Positions 12,189 to 24,100 of a DNA stretch of 64,000 nucleotides are shown here, piece after piece. Source of the DNA: Vitrella brassicaformis CCMP3155 (lineage: Eukaryota; Protista; Chromerida); the NCBI GenBank assembly GCA_001179505.1, contig CDMY01000954.1:1-64000 (forward strand), written 5' to 3'. Each line of letters opens with the position of its first letter. The first letter of the stretch is position 1. The notes under the pieces are model-generated. The model did not search any database. It was not told where the DNA came from and saw nothing but the letters and a program-made list of their open reading frames with translations. The translations under genes and the position numbers were made by a program.

Positions 12189-14534
12189 TGTGTGTCAGGA
12201 CATGGACATGTCGTTTGAGCATCCCTTCGGCGGTGTGGGCACCTCCCGCCGACACACGACAGACGGCCGTCTCTGCACATCGCCCTGCAAGACGTCCCCG
12301 CCCCCTCCCGCCCTCATGACGTCACACCTGCCCACCGCCCCCGCCACGACTCTGACATGCGGCGACACTCTGGCCTCCAAGCACATCAGCGGCGAGCTCG
12401 GCATGAGGATACGGGTCAAGTGCCCCCCAAGTGTGTCGGACACGAGCAGCAGCATGCCGTGTATGGCTCGAAGGTCTACACGGACGACAGCAGCATGTGT
12501 CTGGCGGCCGTCCACAGCGGACAGCTCAACGACTTGCAGGGCGGAGAGGTCCTCATCGTACTCAAACGAGGGTCAGACACACACTCACACACACAGAGAG
12601 GGAGATAGATGTGATGGATGCACGCGTGTATGTTGTCTCCGTCCCTGTATGTGTGTGTGCAGCCGTTCGTCGTATCCGTCGAGTGTGGGTGGGGGCATTC
12701 TGTCTCTCGAGCGGACAGACGGCTTCAGCCTGAGGAGCTTCGCCGTTTGCGCCGCGCCACCCGCCAAGACACTCACGTGCACCGACGACGCCACCTTCAT
12801 TCTCAGCATGGCCGTGGGCGACAAACTGCTCGTCGTCTGCCCGTCCCACTGCACCACCGCCGACAAACGAGTGTACGGCAGCGACAATGTCTACAGCCCA
12901 AAGTCATCCGTCTGCAAGGCAGCCATCGTAAGTCTGCCCCCACACACAAACACAAACACAATTGCATGTCTGTGTGTGTGTGTGTGTGTTTGGTTAGCAT
13001 GCTGGTGTGTTGACTGACGGCGGCGGTGAGGTGGAGGTGGGCGTCTTGGCCGAGCAGCCAGCCTTCAACGGCACATCCGCCAACGGCATCGACAGCAAAG
13101 ACGACACCGTCTTCCTTCGCGCCTTCGCCTTCCAGCCCACTTCTGCCGTTCGTTGCCGCTCAGTCGGGCTCACCTCAGACGCCACAGAGATGCTCGCACA
13201 GCTCCAGCAGCACACTCCACGGGCCGCTCGGGATGTCCAACTCGCCGTCATGCCAAGTGAGTGACTGAGGGAGAGAATGACAACACACACACACACGCAC
13301 TTGTGTGTGTGTGAGTGTGCAGGTCCGGCCAATGCGAGTGAGCGTGTGATATCTGTCGGCAACACCATGCTGACGCTAAAGGAGTTCAACTGCGACGACT
13401 ACCTCATGGCTGCGTCGCTGCTCATGACCGGTGGGTCGATGGATGGATGGATGGATGGATGGACATACCACAGCTCAGCTGTGGATGGCTCCCTCTGTGT
13501 GTGTGTGTGTGTGTGTGCATTAACAGGTCCGTCGAAGGCAGGTCTGTTGGTCGGCTGGCAGGATGCGGCAAACTACTTTGTGTTGTGGGCGGAGGTCAAG
13601 CGCAACGGCCACGGGCAGTGGACACTCCAGAGTACCGCACACGGCACCACTTACAACGCCGTGAGCAACCTGACTGACACACGCACACCAACCAATGCAT
13701 GTGGGGTGTGTGTGTGTGTGTGTGTCAGGGTGCGTCTGTGGCGTATCAGTTTCAGTTCAACAGGTGGTATCACATCCGAATCGACAACACCGACCACCAC
13801 ATCAAGGTCACACACACACACACACGCCCATCTGCCGTGATGTCTGTGTGTGTCTGTGTGTATGTGTGTGTCGAAGGTGTATTTGGGTCGGGAGGGCAGC
13901 CACGAGTTGCAGCCGCTCCTGTCCTTCACCGACCCGTCCTCGTCCGCCAGCGCCGCACCAGCACTCGGCACTGTCGGCGTGGCGGCATCAGGCCCCCAGC
14001 CAGTCTACTTCAAGGCCATCATGGTCAACCCATCCGCACACACACAACTCGCCGGAGGCAAAAGGTCACTGACCCCAACACACACACACACTCGATGGCC
14101 ATGTGTGTGAATGTGTGTGTTTGCAGGTGGAGGGTGTGCACTCAGACGGCCCTCTTGTCTGAGCGCCGCAAGGCATGCCACGCTCTGCTTGCCCAGCCCC
14201 CCACCACCAGCACCACCACCCCCGCCTTGTCGATAGGCCCCCGGTTTGTGCAGTCGGTGGCGATGCGTTTGTTCGGCAGTGTGTCTGGTGAGGGCGAGGA
14301 GGTGACGGCGTGCGACAGCGACATGGGTGCCTACTGCGACAGCTGCTGCGGTGTGCACGCGCCTGCCCACGACACCGCCCTCCACTCCGAGTGCACACAC
14401 GCATGCATCAAAGCCAACCCGACGACGGTAAGTACTCACACACACAAACCAGACAGACAGACATATCAATGAGGTGGGTGCATGTGTGTGTTGTGTGATG
14501 CTTGTGTCTGTACTTGGCCTTTCGACTCCGCTGA
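7956..14534 (+). CDS. CCp3: LCCL-domain protein of the CCp3/LAP1 (PxSR) architecture: signal peptide, PLAT/LH2, LCCL, 2x SRCR, LCCL, LamG/pentraxin, 2x LCCL
   Basis: Signal peptide MMTRVRRVWLITLLAVLVTSAAA. PLAT (SSDVFVKLVGTEG; CDSLKL). LCCL motifs (HPASSSICGAALHDG; YSEASPVCKAAVHAG; YTDDSSMCLAAVHSG; YSPKSSVCKAAI). SRCR (GRLEV...WGSVC; WSTVCDDNW). LamG (WVHMAVTY...MYVNG...LAIGR). The domain order matches Plasmodium LAP1/CCp3. Last exon LAFRLR* at 14514-14534 is inferred from the duplicate copy. Confidence 0.9.
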
Positions 14535-14672
14535 TCTGATGTGAAAGAGACAGCATGGCTGACTGAGTGCATGGATGGATGGATGTACGGATGGATGAAT
14601 GAGACGACTGACTCACAACACACACACTAGGAATGGACAGACAATTGAGTGCATTCATGGTTGAAGTGAATT

Positions 14673-16508
14673 ATGCATTGAATTCACCAGCTGCTAAAAG
14701 TGCTGCACTTAATTAGTCTGACTAGCCTACATGTATCTACTGAGCGGCACGTATCAGCGCCACTCGCCATTTCTCACTCGCTCCTCGATGACAGAGGCAC
14801 ACGGGCGAGTGGCACATCCGGCTGATGGGTCGACTCTCGCCTCATTGGGTACACATACATATTGGGTACATTGCGTCAAGCCTGCAGCGACACAGAAGGC
14901 ATTTCAGTGTTGGGGGTGTATTGATGACACCCCTTTCTGCCTTTAAAGGCAAAGGTCCCTAGCTTGGCTTCCCCACTACTTCATTTGCCTACCCCCAGCT
15001 AGGGGTTGAGGTCTCCACGGGGCTCAAAGTCCTCGACCGACAGGCTATCGCAATTTAGTCGGTGGATTTCTGTTTGTGAGCCTGTAAGACACAAGCAAGG
15101 GACTCTGGGGGGATAGAATAAAGGCCTTGGATGGCCTTCCTGTGTATGTGTGGGGTGCGCTGACGGCACAAACCGCCCTCACAAAAGGGGGTGTCTGGCG
15201 GCCACCGCAGTTCCCACCGCAATTTCCAAGAGGCTTCCCCTCTCACACGAGTGATTGAGGGCCATGTCACTCCACAGGTCGCCACCTCTCTGGCGTGTGA
15301 CCACGCGTTTTCTGAGAGAAAAGATCAAATGGTGCTTTCCAACGCGTGGCCGCCATGCTCCTGGGTACGGAGACTACTGTGGCAGCTGCCCCGTCGCCGC
15401 GGCATGAATCAAAACCGGCTGCGCGCTCAGATCGTCCAAGCATCTCATGAATGTGACGCGTTCTTTAAGCGATTCGAACACAGATGCACTGACGGGTATG
15501 TGTGTGTTGAAGACTTCCTCGAGATCTTCCGTGAGAGGTCGCAGATCAAGTGCTCCCGAAGACAGATCTGAAGAGTCTAAGAAGACCTCACCCGAGCGGG
15601 TGGCGGCCTGTGGCTGTTGTCGCGCAGCAAGCTATCTCTGCACGGGTGCTTGTATCTCGTCTTTGGGAGGGTCTTGCTGTATGGGAAGGCCACGAAATGG
15701 CGTCCGATTCCCTGACGACCGGAAGGAGTTTGTCTGTCGCAGCATGGGAAAGCCTCATGAACCAGCGTGTCATTCCAGCCTGTGCCCCAACGGATATGCA
15801 GCAGCAGCGGCAGAGGCTATCGGCGGCCCTCAAGAGTATTCTTCGTGCTCATGGCCCGAAGGGCTTTTTGCTGCTCTGCCCGGCATTATGGCGCTCTGCC
15901 CGGCACATGGGGCACACTTGTGTCTGAAGGATGGATGCACTGTGGGAAGTGTGGGAGCGCAACGCTGGAGCAGCGAGAGGTGTTCGAGCAGCACTTCAGC
16001 TACTTGTCTGCCGTCGGCAGGTGTCTGCGGCTGGCAGCTGCCAAGCACATCGGCCAGCGACCCGTCGGCCAAGTGTGGGCATGAGTGATGGTGCTGACGG
16101 TGTTGACGAGGCGGATGTGGCGATGGATGACGTCGAGGGTGCCGATTATTAAGGGATCTGCTGGTGACCCAGGCAAGGCAGATCCCCAGTGAGGATGAGT
16201 CGGAAGGTGATATCTCCCCACGCGGTATCTCTCCACGCGAGGGGAGATATCACCAAAAAGAGAATCGAATCTGCGGCAGCTGTCCGAGAAGCTATCAGAA
16301 GAGCAGACGGCTTCCGCGGGCGGTCTCGAGGCCATTGCTCAGCGTGCTAGAGAAGACGTCACCGCCCCAGGCCAGTTTATCGCGCCGACGAGCATAGAGA
16401 GGGTTGCGGATGACATCACTAACGCGTCGGCGACTCACACGGAGAGGATGGGTGCTCTGAAGGCCAGACAGGGGGCGCAGCTGGCTCGGCTGATGGCTCT
16501 ATCCATGG
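14673..16508 (+). pseudogene. Decayed, intron-less coding-like segment of unknown origin between the two CCp3 copies
   Basis: Microsatellite-free ~1.8 kb with protein-like blocks in changing frames separated by stops, e.g. LRAQIVQASHECDAFFKRFEHRCTDGYVCVEDFLEIFRE and LEQREVFEQHFSYLSAVGRCLRL. I do not recognise the family. Confidence 0.35.
16206..16254. repeat. Perfect 14-bp inverted repeat with a 21-nt loop
   Basis: GGTGATATCTCCCC (16206-16219) and GGGGAGATATCACC (16241-16254). Confidence 0.9.
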
Positions 16509-19099
16509 GTCACTCGTGCGGCTGCCCAAGAGGCCGAGGAGGGCCGTGAGTGGTGAGTCAACTAAGCTCAACACTCACTCAGTCGGTCACTCACTCAGTC
16601 CGTCAGTCCATCACACACTCTTTCACCACACAGGTGTGAGGCTTCGGCTGAGGAGGGTTCACCTGGCTGGGGCTTCTGCGCGTCTGACGGTGGCAATCCC
16701 GTGACCATCGAGGTCAAGGCGGTGAGTGGCCCGAACCTCGACCCTTCCAGTGACGTGTTCCTCAAACTCGTCGGCACTGAAGGAACAACACAAGACATCC
16801 GAATCGCAAGTAAGAATGACACACACAATGACAGTCTTTCACTCGGCCGCTCACTGTCTGCCTGTGTGATGGGTGTGTGTCAAGGTGAGGAGGGCGGCAC
16901 CAAGCGTCGGGTGCAGACGAGTGCGGCTGATGTTGGGCCGCTGGAGGCGGTGATTGTGCGGAGCGACAGCAAAGACAAGGCGGCTCACTGGCGGTGCAAG
17001 ACCATCACCGTCTTCAGCTACTACCGATGGTTCCAGTTCGGCTGCACCGACGAACTCTCCGCCGCATCACCATCAGCCGTAACTAACGCATCCGTGCTGT
17101 GGCTCTGTCATGGCCATGCGCACCATATTTGTGTGTGTGTTGTGGTCAGGAGTACACGTTGAGTGGGAGTGAGCCCTACGAGGTCACCATCGAAACGGAC
17201 GGAGACGACAAAGGTCAGCCACACACACACAACACACACCACCCATGAAGGAATGAGTGCATTTGCCTCTCTGTCTCTCTCTGTGCGTGTGTGCAGCGGG
17301 TACACAGGGCAGCATCGAGCTGAGCATCATCGGCCAGGGTCGGTCTACCGGCAGCAAGCACCTCAAGACGGGCCTCTTCCCCGGCACGTCTGCTCACGTG
17401 CGCATCCGGGCGGCCAGTGTGGGCAAGATCAAGGCCATCCGCCTCACCAACACGGCCGCAGACGACCCCTGCTTCTGTGACAGTCTCAAGCTCAAGCGCC
17501 AGGACGGCAGTGCCGTGAGCTTCCACGTCCGGCGATGGATCGGCACACCGTATCCGACGACGGCAGAGGTGGGGCTGGGCGAGGAGGCCGGCGGCGAGCT
17601 GCCGCTGATGCACATCAGCTGCCGGACTCGACTCAACGACCCCATCCTCATCGGTGCCACGAGCAGCAGCACACCCAACATGATCAAAGTGACCACACCT
17701 GCCTCTGCCTGCCCGACACACACACACACACACAGATGGACTGACTGATCTGATGGATCTCTCTGCGTGTGTCATGCATGTGTTGTGTCTGTCGGTCAGG
17801 TTTTGTGTCCGTCCAACTGTCAGGCCGACGAGGCGCAGTTTGTGTTGGGCTCGGGCGTCCATCCGGCCTCCTCGTCCATCTGCGGTGCGGCCCTCCACGA
17901 CGGCGTCATGTGGCCCAGCGGCGCCACTCTCATCGTCACGGTCGTCAAGGACGGCCTCCCAGCATACTACAAGACCGACAACCCCGCCAGCGGCATACTC
18001 GCTGAAGAGGTCAGCCAACCACTCACCTCACACACACACATGCGCCCGCCGTGGATGGATGGATGTGTGTTGTGTTGTGTGTGTGTCTGTCAGTATGTGC
18101 CGGGTGCGGGTCAGCGGGAGGGTGAGGCCTTCTATGTCTACCGAGCCGACAGCATCGATGACATCGACAAGGACGTCCGAGTCGTCGACGCTGACGGACA
18201 ACTCTCTGCTGTCGGGCGCCTTGAGGTTTGCAACCACACCAACCACACGCAGCCGCACACAATACATCACTCTGTCTGCGGCATTGTGTGTGCAGGTCCG
18301 TCGTGACGGTGTGTGGGGTTCTGTCTGTGGGGTCGGTTCTTTGGGCGAGTTCACGGAGGCGAGTGCCCGGAAGGCGTGCCGGGAGATGGGCTACACACAC
18401 GGCCTGCTGCCGCCCCGTGGCTGTCATGACGTCGAGGGGGAGTACTACTGCGCCGAGGCCGGCTATCCCGTGGCCATGGGCGGCATCCACTGCAAGGGCG
18501 ACGAGGAGAGCTTCCTCAAGTGCACCTTCGACGACAAGCCCGTCGACCGCTGCGCCAACCACATCTTTGACGTGGCGGTCCTGCGCACCAACAACCCGCC
18601 CGCCAAGACACCCGCCAAGGGCACGCTGCGCATCCTCTCCGCAGCCGGCTCCCCAGCCAACGAGGGACGACTCGAGGTGAGTGAGCTAGNNNNNNNNNNN
18701 NNNNNNNNNNNNNNNNNNNNNNNNNNNNNNNNNNNNNNNNNNNNNNNNNNNNNNNNNNNNNNNNNNNNNNNNNNNNNNNNNNNNNNNNNNNNNNNNNNNN
18801 NNNNNNNNNNNNNNNNNNNNNNNNNNNNNNNNNNNNNNNNNNNNNNNNNNNNNNNNNNNNNNNNNNNNNNNNNNNNNNNNNNNNNNNNNNNNNNNNNNNN
18901 NNNNNNNNNNNNNNNNNNNNNNNNNNNNNNNNNNNNNNNNNNNNNNNNNNNNNNNNNNNNNNNNNNNNNNNNNNNNNNNNNNNNNNNNNGGGGGGGGGGG
19001 GGGGGGCATGTGACACACATTTTCACGCCACGCAATGATATGTCACCCATCTCCATGTGTGTGCGTGTGTGTCTGTAGTTGGCCTTTCGACTCCGCTGA
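16509..19099 (+). pseudogene. CCp3: Tandem partial duplicate of CCp3: 5'-truncated, internally deleted (PLAT-LCCL-SRCR1 joined to the terminal exon)
   Basis: Near-identical exons and introns to 8007-10243. Homology starts mid-signal-peptide with an in-frame TGA at 16491-16493 and no ATG. The last SRCR1 Cys is changed (VMCTNN to VLRTNN). After the gap, the SRCR1-intron tail runs straight into the terminal exon LAFRLR*. The shared 3' flank extends to about 19217. Confidence 0.85.
18690..18989. other. Assembly gap (300 N), followed by a G17 run
   Basis: Ns in the sequence. Confidence 1.
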
Positions 19100-19339
19100 T
19101 CTGATGTGAGAGAGACAGCATGGCTGACTGACTGACTGACTGAGTGGATGGACGAATGAGACGACTGACTCACAACACACACACTAGGAATGGACAGTTG
19201 AGTGCATTGTTGAAGTGAAATCACGATTGTTCGCTAGTGCACTCAAATGCATGCCCTCGACCATGCAGTCGAAACGAGATCCTCCATCGAGTCGATCCGT
19301 CATGACATCATCATCAGCCGGTCCATATCTGCGAGTATA

Positions 19340-20544
19340 CTACAAGCCACGAAAGGGGGGCTTAATCTGCCGACCTCCAGGGAATAGGTGCGTGAACTGG
19401 ATGGGGATACGTTCGTTGTACTCGAAGCGCTGCAAACGTACAAAGAAGTCAATTGAGGATGGCTGCGCGTGCACTGCGTACCTACCGGACCGTTGACGCC
19501 GAAGCAGACAGGTTTCCCGTCTTTGTCCTTCCCACGGGCGCTCGAGTCACACTTCCCCAATGGTCCCCTGTCCTTTGGCCCGCTGCACGCACGCACCCAC
19601 GCACCGACAAGACATGCAGTGCATACCCCCCTGACACGCAGCGGTTTCAAACCGCATTTTTTAACATCGCCGCTCTCCAGCGCACAAATTCATTCTCGGC
19701 GGTCTTAGCGAACATTTTCATTCGTTTGATCGCCCGACGCAATTTTTCATCCTATTTCCTCCACAAGACCGCACATTTTCACTGTCGAGGCAGCTCTCAA
19801 GGGCATCCTGAGGAGCACACATGTGCTGGAGCTTGAAAGAGTGTCTGATCATCATGTACTTTTTCATCTACCTGTCTCTCCACTGCATCTTTTCAAATGT
19901 CTTGCTGTCTCCCACTGCACGTTTTCAATCTTCGCTGCCTCCACCGCATTTTTTCATTTCAGGCGGTTGCCCGCCGCACATTTTCAAAAAAACAGACATG
20001 CACACCGTTACGTGTCCAGGGGGTAGCAGTGCAGTGGAGCGGGAGACCATGCATATTCGTCGATCGTGTACCTATGATATGCACACGTACAGCCACGTAC
20101 GTACCAGGTTCCTCTCCCGGTGGGTCCTGTTGCTTCATTGGGGCTGGGACTGGGGAATTCGACCTTCTCCAGATGACAGAAGTCGTTTTTGTCCGGACAG
20201 CCTTTCACATCTCCGTCTTCCTCTGTGAAATGCTTTAATACTCCGTTTTCGAAGCTCCACGTCTTTGATTTCTGAATGGACGGACACAGTGACACGCGCG
20301 TCTGGTGTGTATGTCCCTGTACCTTGTCCTTGTCCTCTGAGGCCGTCCGGAAATCCATCATGCATTTGGTTGGCTGCTTCTGCTGGGGCTGCTTGGGGCT
20401 GTTCTCTGGTGCCGCCGGGGGCGATTCAGTCACAGTTCGACGGCGACCATGGTGATGTGCAATAATAGAGGCGCCCATCACTGGGCTTCCAGCGAGGAGG
20501 AGACGGCACAGGATTCCCGTCACGAGGAGGACACGGACGGCCAT
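19340..20544 (-). CDS. Small secreted Cys-containing hypothetical protein, probably multi-exon
   Basis: Signal peptide MAVRVLLVTGILCRLLLAGSPVMG at 20544. The ORF 20008-20544 contains two in-frame GT-AG intron candidates (20272-20322, 20072-20104). A donor at 20011 is phase-compatible with an acceptor near 19583, giving further exons GPKDRGPLGKCDS...VNGP and RFEYNERIPIQFTHLF...RGL* (TAG 19340-19342). The 3' exons are uncertain. Confidence 0.55.
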
Positions 20545-20678
20545 TGCAATGGATATATGCTGTCAATTGCTTCGAATTCAGCTGTTATTAATGCGGATCT
20601 ATCTTTCTTCGCTCACACGAGAGAATCAAGAGTGAATCGGAATGGCGAGAGACCGCGGCACACCGAACGGCCAGGAAG

Positions 20679-20689
20679 TGCGAGCTAAG
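20679..20689 (+). promoter_or_regulatory. TGCGAGCTNAG motif upstream of the secreted orphan gene
   Basis: TGCGAGCTAAG, 135 nt from the ATG at 20544. Confidence 0.45.
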
Positions 20690-20848
20690 CCGCGAGAGTT
20701 GAAAAGGCCTGAGCTCGACACGTGGATACATTATTCCTTTGGTCTCTTGTTGGGCGCACAATACCAGGCACGGGCGGGCAGACAGACAGACAGACAGTCA
20801 ATGTCTGCATGGCATGGATGCACGTGTAGTGCATGGCATTGTGCACAT

Positions 20849-21151
20849 CTAATTATTATCATCTTGTTCGTCTCCTGCCTGCTCCTCCCCTCCCCCCTCC
20901 CTATCTACATCGCCCCCCTCCCTCCCCCCTTCTCCCTCCGCATCCCCATCATCGTGCTCGGCGATGGCCTCCATCGCCGGCCCGCCACGCCGGGCCACAC
21001 GGGGCGGCGTGCTCGGCACGTCTCTCTCGCCACCTGCATCGTCGTCTTTTTGATCCTCGTCCAGTGCCGACAGCAGGTGGCGGTAGGGCGCGGCGCTGGC
21101 CTTCAGGGAATCGATGGCGAGGTCGATCAGCTCACGCGGCAGCTGACGCGA

Positions 21152-21182
<31 letters not shown>

Positions 21183-24100
21183 GGAGAGAGAGAGAGAAAA
21201 CGTCGTGTGTAGAGAGGCGGAGAGGGATCAGTCGGCTAACCTGTGTGTCAGGCAGCGTGTCCTTGGTGAGTTTGACGAGGCAGTCCTGGAACGCGGGCGA
21301 CTGGTTGTGCTGCGCTAGATAAACCTTCCACAACTCCTCTATCTGAGAACCGTTTGAACACACACACACACTACTTTGCCGTCTGTCTGTGTTTCTTAGT
21401 CGCCCGCACCTGCAGTATGGACACCTCTGTGGGCAGGTTGGTAAAGAGCTGCTCCACAGACTCACACACCACATTCGACGGCGTGTCTGCACACACCACA
21501 CACCACACACACACACACGCACACACATACACATAAACACGGGAACAGCTGCCTGCCTGGTCTGTGCAAGGTGGCCCACCTGGCAGCATGGCGAGTGGCA
21601 GAATGAGCTGTCGCACCACCAGCCAGTGATCCAGCCAGGCCTGCTGACCATCAGACTCGTCCTCACACACATCTGCGCGACACACACGCACACCTTTACA
21701 CGCTGAGAGCATCACATCACTGTGCTCGTGCCATTCATGACACGACTGGCTCACGTGCTCTCAGTCGCCCCCAATCCAACATCTTCCTGAGCACTTTGCC
21801 GAAGGAAGCCAGCGGCAGGATGCCCTGACCCAACGCAGCGGCCGGACACAGCAGCTCTAACGACACCCTGCACGCAAGGCGCGAACGGATGGATGGCTGG
21901 CATATTCGTGTGTGTGAGCTCGTGTATGCGGCTGGCTACTTGACTCACTTGAAGATATCGATGACAGCCTCGACGTTTGCTGTGGTGAGGCCGCCTCCCC
22001 CTGTGTCCTTGCCGGGCACCTCTGCCGACCCGAGCTGGTCGAACACGTCCGCCAGACGGGAGCTGAACGGGATGAACCCCTGCACGAACAACAAATAAAT
22101 GAATGACACACGCATATAATCAATGCACAATGTCACGATTGACACGCAGACAGGCCGCTGTCTCGCCTGCCATACCTACCTCAGGCTTGTCCTTGAGCCT
22201 TCTGTCGATGTGTAGGTAGAGGCGCCCGAAGGTTTGGAGCAGGGGGCCGAAGGTGGCCTGTGCGACGTCCGAGAGGGGGGGCTGGGGTGGGGCTGCCTGT
22301 GTGGAGTGTTGGAAGGGGTCGGCGGAGAGGCCCTCGATGACGAGCTCGAGGGCGTGGCTGGCACAGTCGTGGCACTCCTTGCCCAGCACATCCATCGCCA
22401 CACTCAGGCCCTCCTTATCGCTGAACGAACGCATCAGTGACATGACATACATCTTGAAGCCACCTGCGTGTGGGTCTGTGCGGCTTACTCGGTGATTTCC
22501 TGGATGAATCGTATGAGTGCCATTGGGTCGTCGTCGGGCACCGCCATCTTGGGCACCACACTGCGATCCCCGCCATCCTCCCCCTGCCCCTGATGCTGCT
22601 CGTCATCGCTGTCGTCTCCCCCTTTCTTCTTGCGGCCCTTCTTGGCCTTCTTCTTCGGCTGCGGCGCGGCATCCTGCCCACCACGGCCGGGGTGGGCCCG
22701 GTTGGTGCGGGGAGGGCCCTCCGCCGACACCCTGGATGGGATGGACCACACAGAGAATGCAAAAATGCACATGTGGGTAGGGGCTCTGGTGCGTATGTAC
22801 CTGCCGTCCTTGGCGCGGATGTCATCGAATCGCTCATCAGCCGCCACTAGTGCGCTCCTGATAGCGTCCTCCAATACAGCCCAGCGGGCGGCCAACGGCA
22901 CCAACGAGTCCACCACACTGCCAAGGGACAGCCAAGAACGGACATGGGATACACGAGAGGGGGCGTGTTCTGTTGTGCAGACCGACATACATACGTCTGT
23001 GTGTGTGTGTTGAAGTAGTTGAGGTCAATGAGCTGTGCGGTGATGCGGTCCTTGACGGCGGGGTAGTGCTCGCCGTACAGAGGGAGGTGATACAGCACCT
23101 GACACACATGCCATGCACAGGTGGACGGCCGGCGGACACAGAAAGACGTGTGTGGTCACATACTATCTTTCTACCTGGTACATTTCGTTGGCGAACTCTC
23201 CGTCGAGATGTTCCAGGAAGGTCTCCTCCTGTGTCAAGTGCCCACATCAGATGGATGTGACGCTGGCTGGAGGGTGTGGTGTTGTTCTTTGCGGCTGTCT
23301 GACTGGCTGACCTGGAAGTCCTTGAGCAGGGCCTCCTTGGCCTCTTCGGTGGTCTTGTCGATGTCCTTGGCCGCCAGCAGCTGACGCACACCTATCAGCC
23401 ACACCCGCACGCTCTTGATGATGTTCCTGCGGAAGGAATGCGTTCACGACACACGATGTCACGCATAAGAGGAAATGGCCCTCCGCCCGCACGCACACAC
23501 CGTTTCTCGTCGGCGTCAGGTGCGTCAGGTTCGACGGCCTGTTTCTTCTTGCCCTTCTTTTTGGCTTGTCGCTTGGCGGCCTCGTCGCAGCGACCGATGG
23601 CCTCCACCGCCTTGGGAATCTGCACGACCCATGGAAGACATGCCACGACATGCATGTGTGTGAGTGTGAGTGGATAATGGATGCAGAATGTCTGGCCAGG
23701 CCATGGATGCCTGCTGACCATTCGTCTGTTGATGGCCTGCCAGAGGACCCTGGCCTGCACCAGACGGTCAGTGAGGTCGAAATCACTCAACGACTGACAC
23801 ACAGACACACACAACCACACCAAACAGCCAGACAGCCAGACAGCCAGCCGTGGCCTGATCATGGTGTGTGTGGTGTGTGTGCATGGAGCGTCCGTCCCCA
23901 CCCACCTGGCATCTGGCCATGATGGCCCACAGAGAGATGGAATACTCCTTGACCAACTCGCGCATCTTGTTCAGCTGCATGAGTGAATGAACGAATGGAC
24001 GTCGCGTCACCGCGCACAATCAACCGACCGATGCAGTTTGTGTGTGGTTTGTTCGTCAACTTCCTCACTCACCCGCTCTTTCATCTCCTTCTCCTCCCTG

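Noticed and set aside
18990-19006. G17 tract as a functional G-quadruplex
   Set aside because: It abuts an assembly gap, so length and context are unreliable.
14673-19217. Helitron-mediated capture as the cause of the CCp3 duplicate
   Set aside because: No 5' TC / 3' hairpin-CTRR pair could be placed at the duplication boundaries. Simple tandem duplication plus deletion explains the sequence.
19300-19650. ORF 19300-19650 as an independent secreted gene or CRAL-TRIO fragment (RGKDKDGKPV)
   Set aside because: It starts at TTG, its apparent signal peptide reads like an intron tail ending GTGCAG, and the CRAL-TRIO resemblance is only about 8 residues. It is better explained as downstream exons of the 20544 gene.
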